From Malacoraja senta (lineage: Eukaryota), in assembly GCA_038087875.1 (NCBI GenBank), contig CM075988.1:25050001-25114000 (forward strand): DNA of 64,000 nucleotides, read 5' to 3'. The notes under the pieces were generated by a model, which saw nothing but the letters and a program-made list of their open reading frames with translations, did not search any database and was not told the origin of the DNA. Shown here one piece after another: positions 13,206 through 25,400 of this stretch; within the stretch, counting starts at the first letter, position 1, and each line of letters starts with the position of its first letter. The position numbers were made by a program, and so were the translations under genes.

Positions 13206-14429
13206 ATAATAATGTAACCAACTCAAACCATTACAATATCCTAATATACCGACAGATATACATAACATACCAACACGTATACATTGCAGTATACCAGTAT
13301 ACATGCAGAGGTCCAAAAAAAGATAGCAATTTAATGGTTGAGTTAAAATATTCATCATAAATGCTTGATCAAATATCAACACAGACAGGTAAAGCAATTG
13401 AAATACGTTCCGATGTATCATGAGACTGGAGTTGGCGGGAGGAGTGAGGAACTGGATAAGAACCAAAATACCTTTGGCGGAACATCAAATACAACAGCGA
13501 AAAATCAAAATATACAGGTAAAAAAATATACAGGAGAAAAAAGCAACAATTTATAACAAAGAAAGAACAAATGCACTTGACTGAACCAATCACCGATAAA
13601 TAAACCATACCTAAACATACTGGTTGAGAAAACTCTGCCAATATACACTAATCAAGGAAATATATTCAGCAATACATCAAAATGCATTGGAGGGAAGAAT
13701 GGTTTGAAGAAGGGTCTTGACCAAAAACATCACCTATACCTTTTCTCCAGAGATGCTGCCTGACCCACTGAGTTACTCCAGCATTTTATTTCTATCTTCG
13801 GAGAAAAGAACAAAACCGATTGGTTAAAGAATGCCTACTAAAACATGTTAGACAAAAAAACCCACAATATATACTTGATAAACGTTGAAGAAATCTTGCA
13901 ATTCAATACAACAACAAAAAATCAGAAAAACAAGAATGTGCTCAGAGAATATGACACAAAAACCACTGGAGAGAAAAAACTAATGCAAATAACCTGGGGA
14001 AAAAACTGGTGGAAAAATCATCGGCCGCATATAGAAAAATATCAAAATATTCTGGAGAAAATGCTTACTAAAATAGCAAAAAAATGCTGGATAAAAAGCA
14101 CGTCCACATAATATTTTTGGTAAAATCTACCAAAAAGCACCATCATAGAAATGCAATATATTTTGGAGATAAAAATCAGGAAATTATACTGCAGTGCAAA
14201 GACTATAAAAATTGTGGAAAATGCAAAAATACTCAAATGAGCAGCAACTTTGGAATAAAACATATTCAAAGGGGTGGGGGTAGTATGAGGATGAACCTGT
14301 GCGTACTTGTATATAGAATAATTAGAAATTAGTAATAAAGTTTGCTCAAGACCAGATAGGCAAGTGAAGGAGAAAGGAATAGGACATTAAGTAGATATGG
14401 TGGAATGTAGAAGGAGATGAGAGACAATG

Positions 14430-14708
14430 GAGTAGCGGTATAGTTGCTGCCTAACAGCACCACAGACCCGGGTTCGATCTTGACTACGTGTGCTGTCTGT
14501 ACGGAGTTTGTACATTTTCCCTGTGACCGCATGGGTGCTCCGGTTTCCTCCCACATTCCAAAGACGTACAGGTTTGTAGGTTAATTAGCTTTGGTAAAGA
14601 AATTATAAATTGTCCCCAGTGTGTAGTTAGTGGAGAGGCTGATCGCAGGTTGGAGTGGTCTGGGTGTGCCGAAGGGCCTATTTCCACGCTGTATCTCTAA
14701 AGTCTAAA
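14430..14708 (+). mobile_element. V-SINE (HE1-type)
   Basis: B box ggttcgatc, V-domain, tail gaagggcctatttccacgctgtatctctaaag. Confidence 0.85.
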
Positions 14709-14863
14709 GCATGTTAAAACATCATTGCAGAATGTGGAGCAGATTGAAGAAGGGTTCCGACCAGAAACGTCATCTATTACTTTTCTCCAACGACCTGCTG
14801 AGCTACTCCAGCATTTTGTGTCTATCTGCAGTTACAGAAAATAGTTGCTCCATTGAAGTAAAG

Positions 14864-15041
14864 TCTTCTTCTTATCGAGTCCACACACAAGATTAGAAAT
14901 TGTTCAGCCAGAGCTGAACACACTTCTCGGCATCTGCATACAATGGTGTCTGTCTTGTCGCTTCTCGTGCTTCCTGTGCGTGGTGGTGGAAAGATTGGTG
15001 GAAACAGGGGCCGTGAAGTGAACGCTCTTTCCTTGACCCTA
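14864..15041 (-). mobile_element. Short retroposon 3' end with (AAG)n tail
   Basis: cttcttctt tail at the left end; second copy at 6030-6130. Confidence 0.6.
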
Positions 15042-15053
15042 TTAAAGTGACGT

Positions 15054-15165
15054 GACCATAAGGTACACAAAAATGCTGGAGAAACTCAGCGGGTGCAGCA
15101 GCATCTATGGAGCGAAGGAAATAGGCAACGTTTCGGGCCGAAACCCTTCTTCAGACCATAAGGTA
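15054..15165 (-). mobile_element. Minimal Penelope-derived insertion with 12-bp flanking direct repeat
   Basis: gaccataaggta at 15054-15065 and 15154-15165 flanks a ~90-bp PLE terminus. Confidence 0.8.
15127..15156 (-). ncRNA. Minimal type-I hammerhead ribozyme motif (PLE-associated)
   Basis: Minus strand gtCTGAAGA-a-GGGT-ttcg-GCCC-GAAA-cGTT: CUGANGA core, stem II with UUCG loop, GAAA, self-complementary AACGTT, NUH triplet. Confidence 0.7.
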
Positions 15166-15369
15166 ACTTTGAATGAAAAGTTGAATAACTATATTTAATG
15201 CTCCCGCTGATGAACGCACAATACGTAATGTTTTTTGAGGATTAAAGTTTAAGATTATGGAGATTTAGAAAGTTTGTCAAAAATGAAAAGGCTCTTCAAA
15301 TGGGTTCCACTAATAGAAAGTGCCTTATGCTGTGAAGAGTCCACTATGTTGTTAGTACAAGGTTGGCCC

Positions 15370-15720
15370 TGAGACAAGGTTCAATCTCCGGTTCAGAACT
15401 TGAGCAGATACCTTCACCGATGAGGGTATACTTTCAGAAACAGTTTTAATAATGAGATCCTGCCAGCCTTCTCATGTGGAAGTAAAACACCCTAGGACAT
15501 GAGAAAGAGAGAGTGAGAGATTCTTCTTGGCATCCTGGTTGGTATTTATCCCTCAACCAACATCATTAAAAACAGATTAAGTGGTTATTTATCTCATTGC
15601 CATTCAACTGGAACATACCAATTGAATGGTGCATTTCCTTCATGACAGTCATCTCTAGTTTCAGCATATTTCATTGGTAGTTTTGTGTAAATCAGTGTGG
15701 TTTGTGAAGAATCAGAAGAT
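15370..15720 (+). mobile_element. Ancient DeuSINE (SacSINE1/AmnSINE-like) relic
   Basis: gtcctgg..tatttatccctcaaccaacatcattaaaaacagatta..tggttattt resembles the Deu-domain as I recall it; heavily diverged. Confidence 0.6.
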
Positions 15721-16619
15721 TAGGGGAATGTGGAGGAGAACGTACACAAATGAATCAGAGTGATTACTAGCTCAATTCTTCTAACATAATACTGCTGCAA
15801 AATGTCATAAGATGGGCACTGATTGACATCATACTTTCTGCATGAACCTGTTTATAGGTTTAGGTTTAGATTCACTTCGCCTCCCTAAGAAATCTGCTCT
15901 TACTGTCTGAACTGAGCTTTCTGGATTCATGCTCACAGAATGTGAGATGATAAATCGCCCCCCCCCCCCCCCCACTCCACTCTCTCCCCCTTCTCCCCAC
16001 AAATCAAACTCACCAAAACCAAGAGAAACCAACATTGATTGACCTGTGGGATCAGGATGCAGCCCATGATTTTGTGCAGGAACGTATTCATGCTTACTAT
16101 CGTGCAGAGGGAACTGTGACAAATGCTTCCTTAAACTTTTACATATCGGAGGTGGAATTCGGAAACATAAAACTCATTGTAATAACAAGCATGAAAAATA
16201 TGCTGAAGTTTTCACTTTTTAGATTTTCTTACAGGAATCTAATAAGAGGGGATTTTTTAAAACTGCTTTTCTAGCCCAGGGCTATGTGCGTCTGGACTTG
16301 TTCATCGTTCGAAGAAAATCTTTTAAACGTTGTCAGTTTTGGTGAACAGTGCCCTAGTTATGAATTATAAAGCCAACAAAGTCATGGACGCTAGTATGTT
16401 CAGGGGAAGGAACAATGATATCCTGGAACATTCCAGCATTATAAAGACACTGGGGGTCTTGAAATGCACGAAGGTGGGTACATCTCAGGGGTTTGACCAG
16501 ACTGCTAGGGAAACAAGAGTGGAGATAGCTGGGGCCTTGTCTACATGGACTTTAGTAAGTACATTGACAAGGTCTCACATGCTAGGCATGTCCAGAAGAT
16601 TGGAACACATGAATCTATG

Positions 16620-16780
16620 TTCCATTAAACTATAATGTTTTATTATTAATGTTTCATGTTTTATGTGTCATTCTTAATTGTTACTGTATGTCGTGTTGTC
16701 ACTTGCGAGCGGAGCACCAAGGCAAATTCCTTGTATGTGTACATACCTGGCCAATAAACTTATTCATTCATTCATTCATC
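16620..16780 (+). mobile_element. Rex1/Babar-type LINE 3' UTR with (ATTC)n tail, nested in an old CR1 fragment
   Basis: gagcaccaaggcaaattccttgtatgtg...ggccaataaactta, shared with 52620-52821. Confidence 0.75.
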
Positions 16781-17929
16781 AAGGGTAAGGTAACAAATTG
16801 GATAAAGAACTGCTTTGGTGTTATGTGGCCGAGGGTGGCATTGGAGGGTTGCTTTTAGTTTGGAGTCCTGTGACCAGGGGTGGCGTCTCAGAGACTGGTG
16901 CTTGGTCCTCTGTTCTTTCACAAATGTATTAATTATTTGGATGACAGTGTGGGTGGCATGATTGGTAAGTATGCAATTGACACCAAAATTGGTGGCTTAG
17001 TTGTCAGTGAAGAAGGTTGTCGAAGATTGTATAAGAGCGTAAAAATTCCGTACAGACAAGCACCTGTAGTCAGGTTCGAACCCGGGGCTCTGGTGGTGTA
17101 AGGCAGCAACTCCACCGCTGCGCCACCGTGCAGAATAGCAACAGAATCACGTGGGATTAATGCAGGCAAATGGGACTAGTATAGATATGCATGATGGTTG
17201 ACCCAGACACAATGGGCCAAAGGGCCTGTTTGTTTGCGATGTCATTCTGTGACTGTGTGAGCATAGGTACAGGCTAGTCAGCCAATTGGATTGTGCTGGT
17301 ATTTATGCTTCATGTATTCTCCTTCCCGCAACACCAGAGTACCCTCTTCATATCCCTCTCAAATGTTCCTCAGCGTCTCCTTCAATGCATCAATATGATT
17401 CACTTCAACCATTCCTAAAGGTAACAAACTCATGTTCCCAGCTCTCTGAGTTAACACGTTTCTTTGGAATTCCATGTTAGCTTTATTATCAACTGTCTTC
17501 ATTTGTATCACCGTCACTTATGCTTACTCCCAAAATTGGAATTGATTATAGGTCACATCTCAGTATTTATATTTAAGATGATGGGGCCCCAACTTCAATG
17601 GGGTTCAATCTTTTCTGATAAATGTAACGCTCACTCCTGGTATCATCCTTGTAAATCTTTGCCATTCTCGTTCCTCCATTTCCTCTTGATAACATTGAGC
17701 TCAGACTGTGCATGGCATTTTCAGGCCTGGTCCAGCAAAGATTCAAAAACAGCTTTACGTAACTCTTGTTCACCAATCTCTCTCTCTAAATATACTCCTC
17801 ACCGTTTTTTTATAGCCTTATGAGCCCGTGTCACTATTTTTAGTGATATGCATATCTGTACACAACATGCCTTTGTTCTGGATCCAGTTGAGACGATTAT
17901 ATTAAAGGCTGCATTTGTATTGTGTCGCC

Positions 17930-18600
17930 CACATTGCAATGCAATGGCCACAGGCAACGAAATATAGTCATTGCTGTAAGGTCAGCCCTTCTGTCCAGGC
18001 AGCAAGGTCCTACAAAGAGAAGTGTGATAATGACCAAATAGCCATTTTAATGATGTTGCAATGAGATTGCTTGTTAATAGATTGATTGAAATATAAAATA
18101 TGGAAACAACCACCAAGTCCACGGCAACGATCGATCACCCATTGACATGACTTCTAAGTTATCCCATTTTCACATCCACTCCCTACACACTAGCATCGAT
18201 TTACAGAGGCCAACTAACCGACAATCCTGCATATCTTTGGGATGTGGGAGGAAACCCATACGGTCACAGGGAGAACATGCAAATCCCACACAGGCAGTGC
18301 CCGGGGTCAGGAGTGAACCTGGGTCAAGTGTGCTGAGAGATAGCATCTCTACCAGCTGGGCAAAGATAAATATTAGTAGAACACAGAGGACCCCTGCTCT
18401 TCACAATAATGACTTGGGCAATCTTTTACATCAATTGAAGAGGAACAGATGAAGCCCTGGTTTAACATCTGATCCAGGTGAGTCACACATTGACGCAGCA
18501 GCATTCTCTCAGAGCTGTACATCACCTGAGAGTTTGTGTTGAGTCTTTGGTCTGTTCACCAACCCAGAAACAAGGACACACTGTCAACTGAACCATGGCG
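17930..18600 (-). mobile_element. Ancient DeuSINE-like relic interrupted by a V-SINE (~18075-18355)
   Basis: Reverse complement of Deu-like blocks (gataatgaccaaata; gataaatatt; cccctgctcttc; atcttttacatc; ggtttaacatct) on both sides of a V-SINE. Confidence 0.6.
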
Positions 18601-19052
18601 AATGTAGATTGTTATCCAACGTTTTTGTTTTTTCACCTTAATGTTTTTTTAATAATGAAACTCTCATACTTATTATGTAGGAAGGAACTGCAGATGCTGG
18701 TTTACACTGAAGGGAGACACAAAGTACTGGAGTAACTCAGAGGGTCAAGTAGCATTCCTGGAGAAAATGAATAGGTGACATTTCAGTCGAGACCCTTCTT
18801 CAGACTGGAGTCTATCCCTACTTTGGACCCTTCTTTAGAGATGCTGCTTAACCTGCTGAACTACTCCAGCATTTTGTTTCCTTCTCATACTTATAACATT
18901 GAAATATACAGATATAACATTCCAACCACTCAAATTCTATCATTTCCATCTGAAATATTTCTCCCTTTTTCCAGAATTCATCCATATTTTTATTGAAAAG
19001 GGGTTCCTTTATTGTTTCCCATCCCATGCTCTCATTGGCTCCACCAAGTAAG

Positions 19053-19243
19053 AAAGTAAGTAAGTTTTTAAGTAAGTAAGTTTATTGGCCAAGTATTCAC
19101 ATACAAGGAATTTGCCTTGGTGCTCCACCCACAAGTAACAACATGACATACAGTGACAGTCACGTATGACTCAGAAAACACTAAACATTAATAATAATAA
19201 AACATTAATGATAAAACACCATTGATCAAGCATGTGAACCAAG
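19053..19243 (-). mobile_element. Rex1/Babar-type LINE 3' UTR with (CTTA)n tail
   Basis: Reverse complement of 52635-52821. Confidence 0.8.
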
Positions 19244-19574
19244 ATGATTTTTCGTGGAGTCAACGACTAATTGACTGTTCCACTTCAGGCAGCATCACAG
19301 CGCAACCCAGGGGCATATGTAGGAATTTAAACTTCTGGTGGGCTGCACATGAGTGTCTGTAACATCGTGAGGTGAACGTGTGCATACAGGTCCATAACCC
19401 TGCACCACGCACATTTCCTCAATGGCGATTATTGCATCAGGCAATTCTTGATTTTTCACCCACTCTGGACATCTCCCAGTCACAATCAACCCTTGTGCTC
19501 CCCGCAGATGGCATTGCGGGCACACACAATATTAACAAGACGTCAGTGGGGAGGTCTGGGCTCAAAGCAAAGGT

Positions 19575-19870
19575 ATAGAAACATAGAAACATAGAAAATA
19601 GGTGCAGGAGTAGGCCATACGGCCCTTTGAGCCTGCAATGCCATTCAATATGATCATGGCTGATCATCCAACTCAGTATCCCATCCCTGCCTTCTCTCCA
19701 TACCCCCTGATCCCTTTAGCCACAAGGGCCACATCTAACTCCCTCTTAAATATAGCCAATGAACTGGCCTCAACTACCTTCTGTGGCACAGAATTCCACA
19801 GATTCACCACTCTCTGTGTGAAAAATGTTTTCTCATCTCGGTCCTAAAAGACTTCCGCCTTATCCTTAAA
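19575..19870 (-). mobile_element. CR1 LINE 3' end
   Basis: Near-identical to 9170-9462. Confidence 0.9.
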
Positions 19871-20353
19871 GACACAATGTTACAGACACTCATGTATTGC
19901 AATGTATTCCTTAGATAAAATGATCTTTCGTATGTTTAGAGAGCGTAGGGGAGGAGAATTATACAAAGCTCTTGTCTCACAATGCTGTCACCACATAATG
20001 ATGAGGGTGTGATATTTTCATATTTGTAACACACAATTGTGGATGTAGATACTAGATGTGCCAACTCATGGTATTACCACCATGGAATGCCCAAGTTCAC
20101 TTTGAATTGGTTTTAATCTTATTTGCGATCAGAAAAATATTTGCCATGGATGGAAGTGCATCAACAAATCCCACAGAAATGCATTTTTCTCCCATTACTG
20201 CATCCTGTGATTCACCAGGATGTTGATGTGAATCATTAAATTGATGTTGAAACCCGCATCCATTCCTTTGTTATCTCATGACCCGATGATTCCATTGCAC
20301 CCGTGACTGTCCTCCCAGCTTCCAGCCTGCTTAACACCCACACATCTCCTACC

Positions 20354-20578
20354 CACCTTATCACCGAAGATAGACACGAAAAGCAGGAGTAACTCAGCGG
20401 GTCAGGCAGCATCTCTGGAGAAAAGGAATAGGTGTCGTTTCGTGGTTAAGTCCCTTCTTCAGAGGGTCTCAACAACTCAACTATTCCTTCTGCCTGTCCC
20501 GCTGAGTTACTTCAGCTTTTTGTGTCTATCTTCGGTGTAAACCAGCATCTGTAGTTCCTTCCTACACACCTTATCACC
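20354..20578. mobile_element. Fold-back Penelope-derived insertion with 12-bp TSD
   Basis: caccttatcacc at 20354-20365 and 20567-20578 flanks inverted PLE arms. Confidence 0.8.
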
Positions 20579-20919
20579 TCCTACATTTTCTGACCTAAGT
20601 AGTTCTTTGTTTTCAAGAGTTCAATTCTAAATTTCTCCATATTTTTAATTCCAACGTCAACTTTCACCTTCCCTGTCAGTGCAACCCCACGCATCCAGAC
20701 AATCCCCCAACCACCTTCATGCTCCTACAGTTCAGGTCACTCGCTCTCCCTCAATTACTGTTTAACTATCAAACCTTTCAGCGCTAGAATTCCCTCCCTA
20801 ATCATCTTCTATACCTTTCTTCCCTGAAACCCACTTCTTGCATTGTTTTTGGTCACAAGTCCTCCTCCTTTCTGTGTCCCAATGCTTAGGCAAAACACTT
20901 ATAACACCTAGTATGCTGA

Positions 20920-21241
20920 AGGGCCCGTCCCACTCATCCGACATTTTCGGCGACTGCCGGCACCTGTCATAGGTCGCCGAAAATGTTCAACATGTTGAAA
21001 ATCCAGTGGCGACCAGAAAGACACTACGACTCTTTGGGTGACTGAGGAGACGACTCACGACCATACAGGCGACACCCCTGGTGACATGTCGCGGGGAGAA
21101 GCCTGTATGGTCGTGAGTAGTCGCCCAAAGAGTCGTACCTTGTTCTGGTCGACGCTGGATTTTCAACATGTTGAAAATTTTCGGCGACTTATGACAGGAG
21201 CCGGCAGTCGCCGAAAAAGTTGCGTAAGTGGGACAGGCCCT
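20920..21241. mobile_element. Palindromic MITE, PIF/Harbinger-like
   Basis: TIRs AGGGCCCGTCCCACT / AGTGGGACAGGCCCT, flanks TGA/TAA; the element is self-complementary about GACATGTC (21083-21090). Confidence 0.8.
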
Positions 21242-21854
21242 TAAAGATGTGATCTAAATCCAAGTTGTTAAATTCATGATTTTCAGTCTAAGTAATCCAA
21301 GTTGATATTTGTTCTGCAATTGACATGAGTTACTCCACACCAGAGTTTGAGACGTTATTAGTTTGCTACTTTGCAAATTACCTGTACAAAAGCTAGGTCC
21401 CTCTAAGTATAAGTTACAGTTCAGCCATTAGTATCCACTCTACCTGGTGCCAGAGAGCTAATAGTTCAAGTTCTAAAGACTCTAAAGGCAAGAAGTCTGG
21501 CATTGTCCTGAGAGAGTGCATGTCATGACTTTGGCATTACCTTGGAGAACAAGAGAGTTCTTCACAAATAAAATTAGACCCCATGTATTTTTAAATATGC
21601 ATTTGAGGGAATTACAATAGGCAAGATCAAATCAGATGTTTATGACAAGATAGGTTCCCAACAAGGCACCCAGAACCCATATCTTCACAGTTCATAAGTA
21701 GCCTAGTGTTCTCTCGTGATTCCATGATAAAAGCTGCAGAAACCAATGTGAGGATTTCCATGTTAAACTACACGCATGCAAGTCCTGACATTGTTGTCAG
21801 TTTTGTTGTGTGATACAAGTGAACATTGGTAGATTTGTCATAAAGTGATGAAGA

Positions 21855-21962
21855 AAGAGAGAGAGAGAGGGAGAGGGAGAGGGACGGGGAGAGGGAGAGG
21901 GAGAGGGAGAGGGAGAGGGAGAGGGAGAGGGAGAGAGAGAGAGCGAGAGAGAGAGAGAGAGA
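21855..21962. repeat. (GAGAGG)n/(GA)n microsatellite
   Basis: Directly visible. Confidence 0.95.
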
Positions 21963-23588
21963 ATGTAAATAGGCCCTTCAGCCCAGTTAGTCTGCACTAT
22001 CCATCAAACATCCATTTATACATTGATCCAACCCTAACCCATTTTATTCTCTCCTTATTCCCACCCCCCTCCACCACTGCCCCCTTGATCCTACCACATA
22101 TCACACACTGGGGAGGGGGGGGGGGGCTTACAGTTGGCCAAGCAATCTAGCAATCCATATATTTTGGGAATTTGCTCTCTTTTCAGAAGTCCAGACAAAC
22201 ACATGTTTGGAGCAAAGAAAGGAATAGAGCTATACAGAGAGTGTAAAACAATTGAATTCAGAATTGATTACTTGAAGAAAGATCTAGGAGAAACATCTGT
22301 AGGCAGCTGTACACATTTCCAAGAATGACCATTAAACTGAGAGGTTGGAATGTCTGGTGGCCTTTGGTTTGTGGTCTCAGCGAGTCCCAGATTCGGAGGG
22401 AATAGGACAACATTGGAGGGCCTTCAAAAACCGACTGAGGAACCCAAAGGCATTCTGTTGTGGTTTGAATCATCTCTCAAAGATGGCTGCTCATAATTAA
22501 CCTGATGAACCCTGGCTGAACCTCCCTCACAAGGAAGCTGGCTCTGTAGTAAATTAAATGCAGGTGGAAGGTGCAATGAAAGCACCTGAGGTAATGTCCG
22601 GAAACCAATCACAGCAAAGACTAAATGGCACAATTGGAAAGGCCAGACATGTACCATGTTCATCTGCAGGATGTCGGGGTTCATTGTCATTGTGGGAAAA
22701 TAAATCAATATTTAATCTCCAGTTTCTTAGTGAATATTGATCTTTTGGGCTGCTCTGTTAATCGATGAATTTTTTCCTGAAGGTTTTGAACCAAGTACAA
22801 TCTTTAAAGGACTGGAAGTTCATGGTGGTGTGTATAGACATACATAAAATATTTAACTATGTATGAGATTTAAACTATCTGATGCATAAATAATGTTGAA
22901 TAATGTTTAAAAGGACATTGCATTGCAGTTTTGAGAGGATGTTGGAAGACAGTTTCCTCTATGGTCTAACCATGTTAAACAGATCGCTGTTTTAGACAGA
23001 TTCAAGTGTCAGCATAAAGCAGCAATGACTTTCATTCTTTAATGTCGACCCAAGTGGCTTTGCGGCTTAAGTATCTTAAGACAGGTGACTGAAATATTAT
23101 TCAGTGGTAGCTTTAAATGGGCATCTTCAATGAGAGAAGCAAGAATGAGAGAAAGGTTTAGATAGGGAGTTCTAGAACTCAGTGAAAAACTATGGCAGTA
23201 ATTAAAACTGGCAATGACCAAAAGGTCAGAACCGCTGATGAGGAAATCTCGCAGGGGTGGGATTGAAAGAAATGAGAGGGATAGAGTGGGGTAGAGGTAG
23301 GGAATTGTACAACATACAAACGTATGGTTGTGTGAAATAGGACTCGACCCCTGGAGACTGTTCCATCATCCCTTAAGATCATGACTGATAGATCGAAACC
23401 TCAGTTCTTGCATTCCCATCTAATGTTGGTCAAGAACCTGTCCTCTGCCTTAGAATTATTCAAAGATGCTACGTCTATGCTCTTTGAGGAAGAGGGATCT
23501 AAAAACCCACAGACATCGGAGAGAAAATAATTTGTCTCAAGTCTTCTTTAAATGGGTCATCCCTTGTTTTTGAACTAACATCCCTCGT

Positions 23589-24577
23589 ATCAAAACAAAA
23601 GATGAAGAGTACAAATTAGCCAGAAAAAGCAGCCAACCAGAGGACTGGGAGAAATTCAGAGTCCAGCAGAGGAGGACAAAGGGCTCAATTAGGAAAGGGA
23701 AAATAGATTATGAAAGAAAACTGGCAGGGAACATAAAAACTGACTGCAAAAGCTTTTATAGATATGTGAAGAGAAAATGATTAATTAAAACAAATGTAGG
23801 TCCCTTGCAGTCAGAAACAGGTGAATTGATCATGGGGAACAAGGACATGGCAGACCATTTGAATAACTACTTTGGTTCTGTGTTCACTAAGGAAGACATA
23901 AATAATCTGCCGGAAATAGCAGGGGACCGGGGGTCAAATGAGATGGAGGAACTGAGTGAAATCCAGGTTAGCCGGGAAGTGGTGTTAGGTAAATTGAATG
24001 GATTAAAGGCTGATAAATCCCCAGGGCCAGATAGGCTGCATCCCAGAGTACTTAAGGAAGTAGCCCCAGAAATAGTGGATGCATTAGTAATAATTTTTCA
24101 AAACTCTTTAGATTCTGGAGTAGTTCCTGAGGATTGGAGGGTAGCTAATGTAACCCCACTTTTTAAAAAGGGAGGGAGAGAGAAAACGGGGAATTACAGA
24201 CCAGTTAGTCTAACGTCGGTAGTGGGGAAACTGATAGGATCAGTTATTAAAGATGGGATAGCAGCACATTTGGAAAGTGGTGAAATTATTGGACAAAGTC
24301 AGTATGGATTTATGAAAGGTAAATCATGTCTGACGAATCTTATAGAATTTTTCGAGGATGTAACTAGTAGAGTGGATAAGGGAGAACCAGTGGATGTGTT
24401 ATATCTGGACTTTCAGAAGGCTTTCGACAAGGTCCCACATAAGAGATTAGTATACAAACTTAAAGCACACGGTATTGGGGGTTCAGTATTGATGTGGATA
24501 GAGAACTGGCTGGCAGACAGGAAGCAAAGATGCTGCACCTATTTTTCTATGTTTCTATGTTTCTATGTTTCTATGTA
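23589..24577 (+). mobile_element. CR1 LINE ORF2 fragment (N-terminal half of RT) joined to the terminal tail
   Basis: KSPGPD..HPRVLKE, NYRPVSLTS, GFMKGKSCLTNL, YLDFQKAFDKVPH; one in-frame stop near 23778; joins ctgcacctattt(ttctatgt)n at 24531. Nested in an older antisense CR1. Confidence 0.95.
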
Positions 24578-25244
24578 TAGGTTCTTGCAAATGAGGAAAC
24601 ATTCTCTCCACATTCTCCCTATCAAGATCTCTGAGTGTCTGGTGTGTTTCAATCAAGTCACCTCTCATTCTTCCAAATCAAGAGATTTAAACAGATGGAT
24701 GAGAAATGATCGCAGGGATGAGCAAATGCAAGATAAATATAGGCAACACAGTACTGGAGCTTTCAAGGATGGGAAAGACAGATTGCCCAGAGGAACACAG
24801 AATATTCGAGTGGGCACATTGCAACGGCGTGATGCAGTTTGCACTCTTAGTTTAGTTTGCCACTGGGTTGACTGGTTCTCTTGTGGATCAATAAAAGGTC
24901 AGATCAATGCAGCTGAATAACTTCGCTGGCTAATGAGATGCCATGTTAATTAATTAATAGTTTCAGCGTTAAATATTTCAGTTTCAGCATTAACTGTGAA
25001 TGGTAGTTCATTGATTAGAAGTCTCCTGACCAGAAGCTATTCCTTATATCCGACTGGCTCACCTATCCAGAAGCAAGTAGTTCACACTCCCGTAGCTAAC
25101 TGGTTGAAATATTTTTATATTTTTCCAAAAATCAATTCTTGCATTAAAGGTACCACCAATTTATTACGATGGCCTTTTCCGAGAGAACCATTTTAATGCA
25201 ACACTGGAGTTAAATCTAAGTCTCAGCAAGTATGCTTGGAGGAC

Positions 25245-25400
25245 AGTTTACAGTTTAGTTTATTGTCACGATAACCAAGGTACAGTGCAAAGCTTTTGTT
25301 GCGTGCTAACCAGTCAGCAGAAAGACAACACATGATTACAATCGAGCCATTTACAGTGTATAGATACATGATAAGGGGATAGCGTTTAGTGCAAGGTAAA
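25245..25400 (-). mobile_element. Rex1/Babar-type LINE 3' UTR
   Basis: Reverse complement of 7530-7672. Confidence 0.8.

Noticed and set aside
22187..22328. Plus-strand acceptor and short ORF; similar 74-nt candidate at 32743-32816
   Set aside because: Splice-like motifs occur at this frequency by chance; the peptides are not recognisable.
23805..24920. 371-aa RT ORF as a functional gene
   Set aside because: Truncated CR1 ORF2 lacking the catalytic YADD region; the C-terminal third is read-through into tail and flank.
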